A program made the translations under genes and the position numbers. The notes under the pieces are model-generated. The model was not told the origin of the DNA. It did not search any database and saw only the letters and a list, made by a program, of their open reading frames with translations. This document shows, piece after piece, positions 1 through 9,449 of a DNA stretch of 64,000 nucleotides. The DNA comes from an uncultured Gammaproteobacteria bacterium (GTDB lineage Bacteria > Pseudomonadota > Gammaproteobacteria > Magnimaribacterales > D2472), in NCBI GenBank assembly GCA_964343355.1, contig CAYFJC010000001.1, positions 111 through 64,110 of the forward strand. Direction: 5' to 3'. The first letter of the stretch is position 1. Each line of letters begins with the position of its first letter.

Positions 1-494
1 ATTCCGGTGGAATAGATTCGATCTGTATTAATATAATATTCATTAGTCATAATATTTATAATATCTTCAGTAAAACTGACATCATCAACCGTACTTCCAA
101 CCGTCCAGCCGCCTACATTCCAATGCGTTACTCCATTTAGTAAAGACCCTTGCGGATAAACTAAGATATACCCATCTTGATCTGCACGATTTTGAAAGTC
201 TGAGTAATACAATATATTAGTTGCCGAACTTCCATAACCATGAAATACAAATAACAAGGGTGCATTAGATGATGGTGAGTAAGATGATGGTGTGTATACA
301 TAGTATTCTCTAAAGACTCCATTATGAGTAAAACTACATTTTCTAGTATTAGTTTGATAACTTGCGCATGCTAAATCTGAAGGACTTTGAGTATCAGGTA
401 CAGGTGCTAATGATGATGAAGAGCCACCACCGCCACCACATGCTGATATAAAAATGATTATAAAGAGCGATGAAAATAATTTGATATTATTCAT
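1..494 (-). CDS. PHB-depolymerase-family (LpqC-like) esterase lipoprotein; C-terminal part lies outside the window
   Basis: Not in the ORF track because it runs off the window. My translation from ATG 494-492 reads MNNIKLFSSLFIIIFISACGGGGGSSSSLAPVPDTQSP...GVFREYYVYTPSSYSPSSNAPLLFVFHGYGSSA...LVYPQGS...THWNVGGW...DRIYSTG. It has lipobox ISAC. The PLLxxxHG and YPxG...W pattern fits the esterase/PHB depolymerase family. The window ends just before the expected GxSxG serine. Confidence 0.7.
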   Translation of the reverse strand, partial: MNNIKLFSSLFIIIFISACGGGGGSSSSLAPVPDTQSPSDLACASYQTNTRKCSFTHNGVFREYYVYTPSSYSPSSNAPLLFVFHGYGSSATNILYYSDFQNRADQDGYILVYPQGSLLNGVTHWNVGGWTVGSTVDDVSFTEDIINIMTNEYYINTDRIYSTG

Positions 495-521
495 TCTTTT
501 ATTTAATAGTTAATTTTCGTA

Positions 522-1937
522 TTAATCAACCAAAGTTTGCATTTTTTTAAGATGCTCTAAAGTATCTTCTAGAATATTAGATGTTTCCTGATCTTCAGAC
601 TCATCAAGTAATTTTGAAGTTTCCTCAACTGAAGATTCAACATGACCCCACAAACCTTTAGTAGCAATGCGTTCATCAAATAGCTCTTTGTATCTATTTT
701 TAAAGTCATCTGGAGCCTCCTCAAAATGCATTTGGCAAATAATACGTTCAGCAAAAATACGGGTTCTTTCATCTTCAAAATTTCTAGCAATTTTAACTCT
801 ATGCTCGGCATCATCTGTAATATGGAATTCTTGCATGAGATCTTTATCTTTATATGAAGGGAAACCACCTGAGTATATTGTTTGTTCTATATGCTCTGGT
901 TCTGGAAAGCTCATCATTCTGTCAGACATAGCTTGGGATACCTTGGTTTGAAAATCTTTATGATTTTTAACTAATTGAGCTCTTCTGTTTAATTCATCAA
1001 AATTAACATCGAAGACGCTTCTGTCAGTTAAGAGATCACTATGACATATAGGAATAGTCTTATTTATTTTATATTTCTTTAATGGCCCATCCCTTCCACC
1101 AGCATTAATTAGTTTAAATATTTCCGAAAGCTCTAATTCTAGAATTTCCTCAGGATCATCAAAACTTAAATCAAAGAAAACAATTTCATTTGGCCTAGAT
1201 GGATCGCCTCCACAAAATACAACTGGATATTTAAACATTTGGCGTCTAAATACCTCACCTAATGCCAAAAATCCATCCGTGTTAAGTAAATTCATAACAC
1301 CAGGCTTGGTTGAGATATTTAAAAAGGATGTGAACACATCTGGAACAACTGCATTTATCTTTTTTGTTACATCTATCATAAGATTACAATCTGCAATCGC
1401 ATCATGTGCACTATCAGCACTAATATTATTAGCTCTAGCAATATCTTCCAATCTAAGACTAATTTTAGGGCCATCTTCAAATAATGGGATATTTATTGCT
1501 TCAGGGAAAAAACACACAACATTGTGCATCATTAACATTAAATCCAGTCTACCGTTGCCATTTGTATTAGTGGTATAAGGTTCAAGTAAATTCCAAAAGA
1601 ATTGTCGTCTAACTAACTCCTCATCAAAAGAATGGCCATTATATGAAATAAATATACCTGAGTTATCTAACGTCCATTGCTTCCATTGTCTTTGTAAATC
1701 CAAAATCATCTCGTAATGAGATACATTTGAATTAAAGAGATTAGTTTTTTTATTAGTGAGCATAGCTCTTGGATTTGGAATAACCCAAGGCAGTGGAGCG
1801 CAACCTATATCTTGTTCGCCTAAAGAGTTGAATGCATTATCTGTTAAAACAGACCCACACTGAAGAATCTGACTGAAATCTCGTTGGATTCCAGTCGTTT
1901 CAGTATCATAAAAGATTAAATTATTGTTATCTGACAC
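522..1937 (-). CDS. sbcB: Exodeoxyribonuclease I
   Basis: 471 aa. DEDDh exonuclease motifs FYDTETTG, HSFDEE and AHDAIADC are present. Length and the long C-terminal region match E. coli ExoI (475 aa). Confidence 0.85.
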   Translation of the reverse strand: MSDNNNLIFYDTETTGIQRDFSQILQCGSVLTDNAFNSLGEQDIGCAPLPWVIPNPRAMLTNKKTNLFNSNVSHYEMILDLQRQWKQWTLDNSGIFISYNGHSFDEELVRRQFFWNLLEPYTTNTNGNGRLDLMLMMHNVVCFFPEAINIPLFEDGPKISLRLEDIARANNISADSAHDAIADCNLMIDVTKKINAVVPDVFTSFLNISTKPGVMNLLNTDGFLALGEVFRRQMFKYPVVFCGGDPSRPNEIVFFDLSFDDPEEILELELSEIFKLINAGGRDGPLKKYKINKTIPICHSDLLTDRSVFDVNFDELNRRAQLVKNHKDFQTKVSQAMSDRMMSFPEPEHIEQTIYSGGFPSYKDKDLMQEFHITDDAEHRVKIARNFEDERTRIFAERIICQMHFEEAPDDFKNRYKELFDERIATKGLWGHVESSVEETSKLLDESEDQETSNILEDTLEHLKKMQTLVD

Positions 1938-1944
1938 CTAGGTA

Positions 1945-3195
1945 TTAGGTTCTAGCAATATTTGAAGACTCAACCTCACCAGCCTCGTTGACCGTATATT
2001 TTCCTAGCTCATGCCTAGCAACTGCTCTTCTGTGTACTTCATCAGGACCGTCTGCAAGCCTTAATGTTCTCATATGAGCATACATGCTTGCTAATGGATA
2101 AACCTGCGAAACACCTGCGCCACCATGCATTTGAATAGCTCTGTCTATTATGTCGCATACGATATTTGGAGCTACAACCTTAATTTGAGCAATCTCACTA
2201 GCTGCAACCTTATTTCCAACTGTATCCATCATTCGAGCAGCTCTTAGAGTTAATAGTCTTGCCTGATCTAGCTCAATTCTTGAATTAGCAATAATATCCA
2301 TATTTCCACCTAGTCTTGCTAATGGCTTCCCAAATGCAACTCTAGATAAACTTTGTTTACACATCATAGCTAAAGCTCTTTCACCTAATCCAATAGCTCT
2401 CATACAATGATGAATTCTTCCTGGTCCCAATCTGCCTTGAGCAATTTCAAAACCTCTGCCTTCACCAAGTAATAAATTTTCTTTTGGCACTCTAACGTTA
2501 GTAAATTTCATATGAGCATGGCCATGTGGCGCATCGTCATATCCAAAAACATGCATCATTTTAATAATTTCAACACCCTCAGCATCCATAGGAACAAGTA
2601 TTTGAGATTGTCTTTGATGTCTTTGATTTTCAGGATTAGTTACACACATAAAAATGATAAATTTACATCTAGGATCGCCGGCACCCGATGTCCACCACTT
2701 TTCTCCATTAATAACATACTCATCGCCATCTAATACAGCTGATGAAGCTATGTTTGTTGCGTCTGAAGATGCTACACCTGGCTCAGTCATACCAAAAGCT
2801 GAACGAATTTCACCATTTAGCAATGGCTTGAGATACATCTCTTTATGTTCATCTGAACCATATCTTTCAAGAACTTCCATATTTCCAGTATCAGGTGCTG
2901 AGCAATTAAATACTTCTGATGAAATTCCATGAGCTCCCATAACCTCTGCTAAGTGAGCATATTCAAGATTAGTTAATCCAGCGCCATTTTCACTTTCTGG
3001 AAGAAACATATTCCATAGTCCAGCAGCTCTAGCTTTAACTTTCATCTCTTCCATTATCGGCGGAACTACCCATGTACCATCAGCATCCTTAGATTGCTCA
3101 TGATATAAAGTTTCATTATGAGCAACTTCCTTATTAATAAAATCTTGAACTCTATTTATAAGGTCTTGCGCTTTTTGACTGATTTCATATTCCAT
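1945..3195 (-). CDS. Acyl-CoA dehydrogenase, ACAD10/11 (FadE2)-like
   Basis: 416 aa. It has the [11 protein letters not shown] motif, GEKWWTSGA, and the C-terminal [11 protein letters not shown] typical of the ACAD10/11-type subgroup. It is divergent from a LysR regulator. Confidence 0.85.
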   Translation of the reverse strand: MEYEISQKAQDLINRVQDFINKEVAHNETLYHEQSKDADGTWVVPPIMEEMKVKARAAGLWNMFLPESENGAGLTNLEYAHLAEVMGAHGISSEVFNCSAPDTGNMEVLERYGSDEHKEMYLKPLLNGEIRSAFGMTEPGVASSDATNIASSAVLDGDEYVINGEKWWTSGAGDPRCKFIIFMCVTNPENQRHQRQSQILVPMDAEGVEIIKMMHVFGYDDAPHGHAHMKFTNVRVPKENLLLGEGRGFEIAQGRLGPGRIHHCMRAIGLGERALAMMCKQSLSRVAFGKPLARLGGNMDIIANSRIELDQARLLTLRAARMMDTVGNKVAASEIAQIKVVAPNIVCDIIDRAIQMHGGAGVSQVYPLASMYAHMRTLRLADGPDEVHRRAVARHELGKYTVNEAGEVESSNIART

Positions 3196-3317
3196 CTTTA
3201 CTCTCCCTTCTAAACTGCAACCAATATGGTATTATAAGTTTCGTGAATGTCTTGTTTATAGTTAATACAATGATAACTTCACATGACTTTCAATACTAGT
3301 TAGGAATTAAAAAAACT

Positions 3318-4223
3318 ATGAAAATAAGCACTTTTGACCTTAATCTATTTGTAATATTAAATGCTATTTATACTCAAGGAAGTCTAACTAAAGCCGCAGA
3401 TGTGGTTGGTATTACACAGCCAGCAGTAAGCAACGCCTTATCAAGATTAAGAGCAAAATTTAACGATGAATTATTTCTAAGAACTGGATCAGGAATGATT
3501 CCAACGCAAAAAACTGAAAATATGATTGCAGATATTCAAAATGCTCTCATGCTTATGCAGCAAAGTGTTGATGAGCCTGATGAGTTTGACCCTTCTAAAA
3601 GTATTAGAAATTTTAAAATATCTTTAGCTGATGTTTCCGAAGGAAGAATCCTACCCTACCTAATGGAAGAGATTGATAAAATTGCACCTAATATATCAGT
3701 GGGAAGCTTTCATTATGCAAGACGTGATCAGGTGCATGCTCTTGCTACCAATCAATTAGATTTTGTTGTAGATCCTGTTATACCAAGATCAAATGAAGTT
3801 AAGTCGCAGAAAGTTTTTGAAGATCACTATGTTGTTGCGCATCGAAAGAATCATCCTTTAACTAAAATAGATAACATCACAGTTGAAGATCTTCTTTCTC
3901 AAAGACATTTAAATATTTCACAAAGGAGAAAGGGTCCACATATTATTGATGTAGAGTTAGCGAAACTTGGTCTTGAAAGAGATATTGCTCTTAGAGCTCA
4001 GCACTTCTTAATCGCTCCAGAAGTTGTTAAGAATACAAATATTGTTCTCTTCTGCACACATAGCTTTGCTATAAGGCATCAGCTTGAGTTTGTTAATATA
4101 CCTGCAGAACTTCCAACAATGGAGTACTTTTTAATATGGCACGCAAGTGATGATATGGATGGTGCTCATATTTGGATGCGTAATCTTTTAATTGAAGCTT
4201 ACAAGAATGCTATAAAGATCTAA
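3318..4223 (+). CDS. LysR-family transcriptional regulator
   Basis: 301 aa. N-terminal wHTH LNLFVILNAIYTQGSLTKAADVVGITQPAVSNALSRLR is followed by a LysR substrate-binding region. It is divergently arranged to the ACAD gene. Confidence 0.85.
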   Translation: MKISTFDLNLFVILNAIYTQGSLTKAADVVGITQPAVSNALSRLRAKFNDELFLRTGSGMIPTQKTENMIADIQNALMLMQQSVDEPDEFDPSKSIRNFKISLADVSEGRILPYLMEEIDKIAPNISVGSFHYARRDQVHALATNQLDFVVDPVIPRSNEVKSQKVFEDHYVVAHRKNHPLTKIDNITVEDLLSQRHLNISQRRKGPHIIDVELAKLGLERDIALRAQHFLIAPEVVKNTNIVLFCTHSFAIRHQLEFVNIPAELPTMEYFLIWHASDDMDGAHIWMRNLLIEAYKNAIKI

Positions 4224-4225
4224 TT

Positions 4226-5023
4226 CTAGCTTAAGTTATGACCACCTAACTTAACTACACCGCCATCACAGGTAATAGTCTCTCCTACAGTAAACGCGCC
4301 GGCTCTTGAGCATAAAAATATTGCTAAACCTGCCATATCTTGAGGGGTACCAATTCTTTTTCTAGGGTTTCTTTTAGCAATCTCGCTATAGTCATGAGCA
4401 ACAGCAGCACCAAGCATATTGCTTGGAAATGGTCCTGGAGCTATTCCATTTACTAGAATATTTTCGTCAATCAATCTTGCAGCAAGATGTCTTGTTAAAT
4501 GATGGACAGCTGCTTTAGATGCTCCATATGAATAAGTTTCAAATGCAGCAACATTCATTCCATCTATAGATCCAATATTGATAATTCTTGATGGGTCATC
4601 TGGTGTTCCATTTATTCTTAATAATGGAGCTAGCTCTTGGGTTAAGAAGAAGATACTTTTAACATTTAAATCCATTACCTTATCCCAACCGCCTTCAGAA
4701 AAAGCTCCAAAAGGCTCTGCCCAAGCTGCACCAGCATTGTTAATTAAAAAATCAATATGCTCTTCTTTTTCTTTAATTTGATCAGCAAAGTCTTTTATGC
4801 CCTCTACAGTACTAAGGTCGCTAGCAATTGAAATACATTCGCCACCATAAGTGCTTGTTAGTTCTTCAGCTTTTAAATGAAGTTCTCTTTCTTTTCTAGC
4901 TGTTATATAAACTTTGACACCATTAGCAAGAAAACCTGCTGCAATCATCTCCCCTATACCTCTAGAACCACCAGATATAACTGCAACTTTACCCTCAATA
5001 CCAAAAAGATCGTTTATCTTCAT
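4226..5023 (-). CDS. SDR-family oxidoreductase (RhlG / 3-oxoacyl-ACP reductase-like)
   Basis: Start reset to ATG 5023 (MKINDLFGIEGKVAVISGGSRGIG), which has AGGAG 8 nt upstream (5031-5035 on the + strand as ctcct). It has the TGxxxGIG-type Rossmann motif, NNAG, and the YxxxK catalytic motif (YGASKAA). The ORF-track N-terminal 27 aa look non-coding. Confidence 0.85.
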   Translation of the reverse strand: MKINDLFGIEGKVAVISGGSRGIGEMIAAGFLANGVKVYITARKERELHLKAEELTSTYGGECISIASDLSTVEGIKDFADQIKEKEEHIDFLINNAGAAWAEPFGAFSEGGWDKVMDLNVKSIFFLTQELAPLLRINGTPDDPSRIINIGSIDGMNVAAFETYSYGASKAAVHHLTRHLAARLIDENILVNGIAPGPFPSNMLGAAVAHDYSEIAKRNPRKRIGTPQDMAGLAIFLCSRAGAFTVGETITCDGGVVKLGGHNLS

Positions 5024-5161
5024 TTGAAAACTCCTAAGAAATAATAAATTTAAATAATTATATATCCTTTTTATATAAATAAAAAAATCGATTGGTTGGA
5101 GCATATAAAGAAAAATATCTAGATAAGTGTTTGATATTACAATCCAATGTAAAATGTTGAA

Positions 5162-6109
5162 ATGGATTTATTTACAAGTGTTGCATGGCTAACCTTATCT
5201 CTAACCCTTCTAATATGGGGAGCTAATAAATTTATTGATAGCGCTTCCTCTATTGCGGGTAAATTGGGTATAAGTGATTTTATTATCGGATTGAGTGTTA
5301 TCGCCTTAGGAACTTCTTTTCCAGAAATATTTGTTGGAATATCATCCATTGTTAACAACAATGAAGAGCTTGCACTCGGGACTATTGTTGGATCTAATAT
5401 CTCTAATGTTGCATTAATTTTTGGTGTTTCATGCATAGGTTATTCGAGTGCTATCAACCCCTCATCAAAGAGAAATTTTATAGCCCTTGGTCTAAGTGTC
5501 ATTATCGCTATATATGCTCTTAGTGATCTGAATATTAGTCAGCTTGATTCTTTATTACTACTTTTAGTGCTCATATATTTTATATACGTGATGGCGACAC
5601 AGCCCAATAATCAAGATCAAGTTATAGAAGTAAATAATTCAGCTTGGTTAGGTCTTATTAGTCTCCTTGTAATTGGATTGGTTGCTTTAGTTATAGGCTC
5701 AAATTATGCAGTTATCCATGGAGAAAAAATTGCCTTATTGATGGGAGTACCCAAATTAATAGTAGGTCTTACGGTTCTAGCTTTAGGAACGAGCTTGCCT
5801 GAGCTTGCTGTAACGATAAGCGCTCTAGTTAAGAAGAAGAATCAAATGGTGCTTGGAAATATAATAGGTTCAAATGTTTTAAATATTGCAGTTGTAATGC
5901 CTATTTTGGGTCTATTTTCAGATCAAACTTATGATGTCTCTATAATGACAAGAGATATGGTTGTAATGTCAGTTTTGACTCTGGTATTTGTACTAATAGC
6001 TTTAAGCTTTAACTATAAAAATATATCTGCCAATATATATCGATTCTTAGGAGTCGCTCTTGTAACTGGCTATGTTAGTTATATTGTTATGCTAAGCGGA
6101 CTTCTTTAA
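5162..6109 (+). CDS. Ca2+/Na+ antiporter (CaCA family, YrbG-like)
   Basis: 315 aa polytopic membrane protein. It has the two alpha-repeat signatures GTSFPE and GTSLPE, each followed by GSN. Confidence 0.8.
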   Translation: MDLFTSVAWLTLSLTLLIWGANKFIDSASSIAGKLGISDFIIGLSVIALGTSFPEIFVGISSIVNNNEELALGTIVGSNISNVALIFGVSCIGYSSAINPSSKRNFIALGLSVIIAIYALSDLNISQLDSLLLLLVLIYFIYVMATQPNNQDQVIEVNNSAWLGLISLLVIGLVALVIGSNYAVIHGEKIALLMGVPKLIVGLTVLALGTSLPELAVTISALVKKKNQMVLGNIIGSNVLNIAVVMPILGLFSDQTYDVSIMTRDMVVMSVLTLVFVLIALSFNYKNISANIYRFLGVALVTGYVSYIVMLSGLL

Positions 6110-6517
6110 GGGCTTGAAAAGTAATAAAGCAACTAAGCAAAAAGTAAAAGTTAAAATTTCAAATAGAAAAAAGGTATTAACCAGCGGTGGTGTTGAGGGT
6201 ATTGCGGCAAATATTATTCTTCCTGCAGCAATACTTCCTGTAAGAAACATTAAAAGTTGGAGAGAGATTTTCATATAATTTAATGAAAAAATACCAATAA
6301 AACATAAGACTCCAACCCCTAGATTTAAACCACCATATATCCCAGCAAGCTCAGAGTAGCCAATCTGGCTAGAGATGCTTAGACCAATATATTCAGTTAT
6401 TGAAGGGTAATCTGCATCTACTGCACTAAATAGTGGCGATAGTATTGCCCATACACCAATACCAAAATACATAAGTGTCATTGATAGAAGAAATAACCTA
6501 ATAATCCAAATCATCAC
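6092..6517 (-). CDS. Small 4-TM membrane protein (DUF4345-like)
   Basis: 141 aa with four hydrophobic segments. It shares the pattern (S/G)EL..(I/V)(Y/F)GG..L..G and GRII with the 131-aa ORF at 17496..17891, suggesting paralogy. The family name is my recollection and is not verified. Confidence 0.5.
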   Translation of the reverse strand: MMIWIIRLFLLSMTLMYFGIGVWAILSPLFSAVDADYPSITEYIGLSISSQIGYSELAGIYGGLNLGVGVLCFIGIFSLNYMKISLQLLMFLTGSIAAGRIIFAAIPSTPPLVNTFFLFEILTFTFCLVALLLFKPLKKSA

Positions 6518-6577
6518 AAGCTCCCTATTTTATAAGCAATAAGCTATATTACATGCTTATGAATTATTCTAATATAG

Positions 6578-7075
6578 ATGCATAAATATTTAACTTATTT
6601 ATTAATACTGATTATAAGCATGAATGGATATACAGACTTTAAAAATCTAGGGCCTAATGATATCTTAACAACGCCTCTGCCCTTGCCGTATAACGAAAAA
6701 GTAGTTAAGACTTCTGAGCTTGATAGCTTTATTGATACATCTATTCAAAAAGGTAAGCAGCCAGTAATTATATTTGGTGGCAATTGGTGCCCTGATTGCA
6801 GAATACTTGATGGCACTTTAGATATACCTACTATTAAAAAATTTATGCAGCAGCATTATCAAATAATGCATATTGATATTGGAAGATATGATAAAAATAT
6901 GGAATTAATGGATCATCTAGATATAGAGTCCAAGAAAGGTGTCCCAAGAGTAGTTATATTGGACCTTGAAAAGAATATTTTGAATACAGCAACAAGTAGT
7001 GAGTGGACAACGGCTAGAGACAGAAAGCAGCAAGAAATTTATGACTACTTTCAGAGGTTTGTTGTTATAAATTAG
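6578..7075 (+). CDS. Secreted thioredoxin-fold protein
   Basis: 165 aa. It has an N-terminal signal-like segment and a CxxC motif in GGNWCPDC, followed by a VPRVVILD-type cis-Pro region. Confidence 0.6.
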   Translation: MHKYLTYLLILIISMNGYTDFKNLGPNDILTTPLPLPYNEKVVKTSELDSFIDTSIQKGKQPVIIFGGNWCPDCRILDGTLDIPTIKKFMQQHYQIMHIDIGRYDKNMELMDHLDIESKKGVPRVVILDLEKNILNTATSSEWTTARDRKQQEIYDYFQRFVVIN

Positions 7076-7845
7076 TATTTAAAGTGTTTGATCTCTTCTC
7101 CACTTTTCCCAATTTCGGTCATAGCTTTAATGCCTATTTCTAAATGAAGATCTACCCATTCCTGAGTAACTGCCTTATCTGATTCTTCAGTTTTTACGCC
7201 GTCTTGAGTTAGAGGAACGTCTGATACTAATAATAAAGCTCCCCTAGCTATCTCGTTGAAATGACCTACAGAAAATATAGTTGCAGTTTCCATATCTACT
7301 CCAATCGATGTAGTCTGCTTTAAACGCTTAAGAAATTTCTTATCGTGTTCCCAGACTCTTCTGTTGGTAGTAAAAATAACACCTGTTCTATAGTCACTTT
7401 GTTTTTCAATAATAATATCTGAAACAAACTTATGAAGTTTGAATGATGGGAGCGCAGGCACTTCGGGTGGAAAGTAATCATTTGAAGTCCCGTCACCTCT
7501 TATGGCTCCTATAGGTAGGATAAAATTACCTATCTCAGAAGAATCTTTTAAACCGCCACATTTACCTAAAAATAAAACACCTTTTGGATTAACGGCTACT
7601 AAAAGATCCATAATCGTTGCAGCATTTGGAGATCCCATCCCAAAGTTAATGATAGTTAGGCCTTCTGAATTAGTCGCTGCTTGCATAGCGCGACCTTCAC
7701 CATGAATTTCAGCGGAAAATCTCTCAGAGAATTTCTCTACATAATTTTTAAAATTGGTAACGAGGATGTAGTCCCCAAATTTCTCGAGAGGCATTCCTGT
7801 GTAGCGCGGAAGCCAGTTTTTTGCTATTTCTAATTTTGTTTCCAT
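7072..7845 (-). CDS. Short-form AMP nucleosidase / nucleoside phosphorylase-family (PNP_UDP_1) protein
   Basis: 257 aa. LPRYTGMPLEKFGDYILVTNFKNYVEKF parallels the start of the E. coli Amn catalytic domain (HYTG...F..LFTNY..YVDEF). GGLK and VDMETA motifs of the PNP/UDP fold are present. Confidence 0.6.
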   Translation of the reverse strand: METKLEIAKNWLPRYTGMPLEKFGDYILVTNFKNYVEKFSERFSAEIHGEGRAMQAATNSEGLTIINFGMGSPNAATIMDLLVAVNPKGVLFLGKCGGLKDSSEIGNFILPIGAIRGDGTSNDYFPPEVPALPSFKLHKFVSDIIIEKQSDYRTGVIFTTNRRVWEHDKKFLKRLKQTTSIGVDMETATIFSVGHFNEIARGALLLVSDVPLTQDGVKTEESDKAVTQEWVDLHLEIGIKAMTEIGKSGEEIKHFKY

Positions 7846-7929
7846 CCATCATTATAACTTATTCGAATCTTTTTAAAAATTAGTGAATTAAGTCAATGTA
7901 TTTATAAAAGATATTATAGATAAAAATCT

Positions 7930-9198
7930 TTAATCAAATTGCTTAGTTGTACTCGCGAAAGTTAAATAAAAGGTTCCGCCAAATAATAAAATAGCAGATG
8001 AAAGATAAAATACACTATCAAAAGAGCCAGTAAAATCCACTAAAAACCCTGACAGGGCCACACCCACTATCCCAGGAATCGTTGCTATAGTTGCGCTGAT
8101 GCCCATTATAGAGCCTGTATGCTTAGGACCTATATCAGCATGATTTACAGAGTAACCTCCAGTTCCGAGACCTGCACAGATATTAGTAATAGAGAGCATT
8201 ATCATTACGCCAATAATGGAATCAGTAGATGGAAGAAGACCTAACGCAAGTGAAGACCCGCCAAATCCAATAACTGTACAGGTTCTCCTAACAGTTAAAA
8301 TACGGTGCCCTTTTTTAATAAAAAGGTCTGACAAGTAGCCACCTAGGTTAACAAAGACAACAGATACAATTGATGGGACTAGTATGAGTAAAATAAATGT
8401 AGCAGTATCCTCCTGATAACTAATTCCAAGCCCATCTCTAATAAAAATAGGTAGCCAAGATATAAGAACAAATAAAGGCCAACTTGCACAAAAATGAGCA
8501 ACAATAATTGCCCATAATGGTTTATTTTTTACCAATGTTTTGAATGGAGGAAGTTTTGGAGCTTTCTCTTTAGCTGGAGCTTCTCTAATAATATAATCAA
8601 GCTCGTCTTTAGAGATATCAGGATGATCGGTTGGTAAAGAGGTAATATTTCTATGCCAAAAAAAGAACCATACAACGCCAAGAGCTCCAAATGAATAAAA
8701 GGCCCACTCCCATCCAAACATAATCATTATGATTGGTGTTGCAACATACGCAAAAATACTTCCAAGAGGTATTCCACTATTAGTGAAAGCTATAGCTCGA
8801 GTTCTTTCTTGATATGGAACCCATCTAGCATAAAGACTATGCCAAGCTGGAAAAGTAATACCTTCACCTAGTCCCATAAGGACTCTGGTAGTTAATAATA
8901 AGAAGAAGCTATGATGAGCTGCAGCCGGAGTTAGAATTGTAAAAAGAGACCATAGTAAAACACCATATCCAAGAACTCTTTTGCCACCATACCTATCAGC
9001 CAAGAACCCACCCAAATATTGAGTAAATATATAACCTACAAAAAAAGAAGAAAGCACTAATCCAAGCTGAGTATTATCCCAACCAAACTGGTCTTGTATT
9101 TCTACAGCAGCAACTGAAATATTGATTCTATCTATATAGCAGATGAAAACTGCTAGTGTTGAAAGTGAGATTAATCTAAAGCGATATGGAAAATTCAT
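7930..9198 (-). CDS. MFS transporter (anion:cation symporter ACS-like)
   Basis: 422 aa with about 12 TM segments. The loop 2-3 motif DRYGGKRVL is present. Confidence 0.8.
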   Translation of the reverse strand: MNFPYRFRLISLSTLAVFICYIDRINISVAAVEIQDQFGWDNTQLGLVLSSFFVGYIFTQYLGGFLADRYGGKRVLGYGVLLWSLFTILTPAAAHHSFFLLLTTRVLMGLGEGITFPAWHSLYARWVPYQERTRAIAFTNSGIPLGSIFAYVATPIIMIMFGWEWAFYSFGALGVVWFFFWHRNITSLPTDHPDISKDELDYIIREAPAKEKAPKLPPFKTLVKNKPLWAIIVAHFCASWPLFVLISWLPIFIRDGLGISYQEDTATFILLILVPSIVSVVFVNLGGYLSDLFIKKGHRILTVRRTCTVIGFGGSSLALGLLPSTDSIIGVMIMLSITNICAGLGTGGYSVNHADIGPKHTGSIMGISATIATIPGIVGVALSGFLVDFTGSFDSVFYLSSAILLFGGTFYLTFASTTKQFD

Positions 9199-9238
9199 TC
9201 AAGTTTATTTATTAATTTCTCAAACATCTTACCTGAAT

Positions 9239-9270
9239 CACATAATTAATATGTTAATAAAAATTATGTG
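9239..9270 (-). terminator. 9-bp inverted repeat hairpin between tRNA-Leu and the MFS gene
   Basis: cacataatt (9239-9247) and aattatgtg (9262-9270) are exact reverse complements with a 14-nt loop. The hairpin lies 11 nt downstream of the tRNA 3' end. No clear U-run follows, so its role (tRNA terminator/processing site or MFS operator) is open. Confidence 0.3.
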
Positions 9271-9280
9271 AAAAGTTAGA

Positions 9281-9365
9281 TGGTAGGGATGGAGGGGATC
9301 GAACCCCCACGCCTTGCGGCACTAGGTTCTAAACCTAGCGTGTCTACCAGTTCCACCACATCCCC
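9281..9365 (-). tRNA. tRNA-Leu (anticodon UAG), class II, CCA encoded
   Basis: The reverse complement is GGGGATGTGGTGGAACTGGTAGACACGCTAGGTTTAGAACCTAGTGCCGCAAGGCGTGGGGGTTCGATCCCCTCCATCCCTACCA. It has a 7-bp acceptor stem (G1-U72 wobble), a D arm, anticodon stem CTAGG/CCTAG with loop TTTAGAA, a long variable arm and T-loop GTTCGATC. Confidence 0.9.
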
Positions 9366-9377
9366 AAAAACTTGTTA

Positions 9378-9397
9378 TCTTCAAAAAAAGTTGAAGA
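9378..9397 (-). terminator. Weak hairpin downstream of the giant gene
   Basis: tcttcaa (9378-9384) and ttgaaga (9391-9397) form a 7-bp stem with a 6-nt loop. On the minus strand it is followed by TAACAAGTTTTT. It is AT-rich and not a canonical terminator. Confidence 0.3.
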
Positions 9398-9449
9398 ATT
9401 ATAATCCAATAAGTGCGAAAAATTAAATTATATTTTTATATATATAAAT

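Noticed and set aside
3196-3317. LysR T-N11-A operator in the ACAD/LysR divergent spacer
   Set aside because: Several ATAA...TTAT pairs are present, but none has convincing dyad symmetry. I cannot distinguish them from AT-rich background.
5137-5436. 99-aa minus-strand ORF overlapping the CaCA antiporter start
   Set aside because: It is the shadow frame of a well-supported membrane transporter gene and has no independent signals.
9199-9449. tRNA-Leu next to the giant, compositionally distinct gene, as a marker of an integrated genomic island
   Set aside because: I could find no integrase, no mobility genes and no direct repeat of the tRNA 3' end on either side. The composition shift may simply reflect the amino-acid bias of the repeats. 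I keep it only as a caveat in the giant-gene finding.
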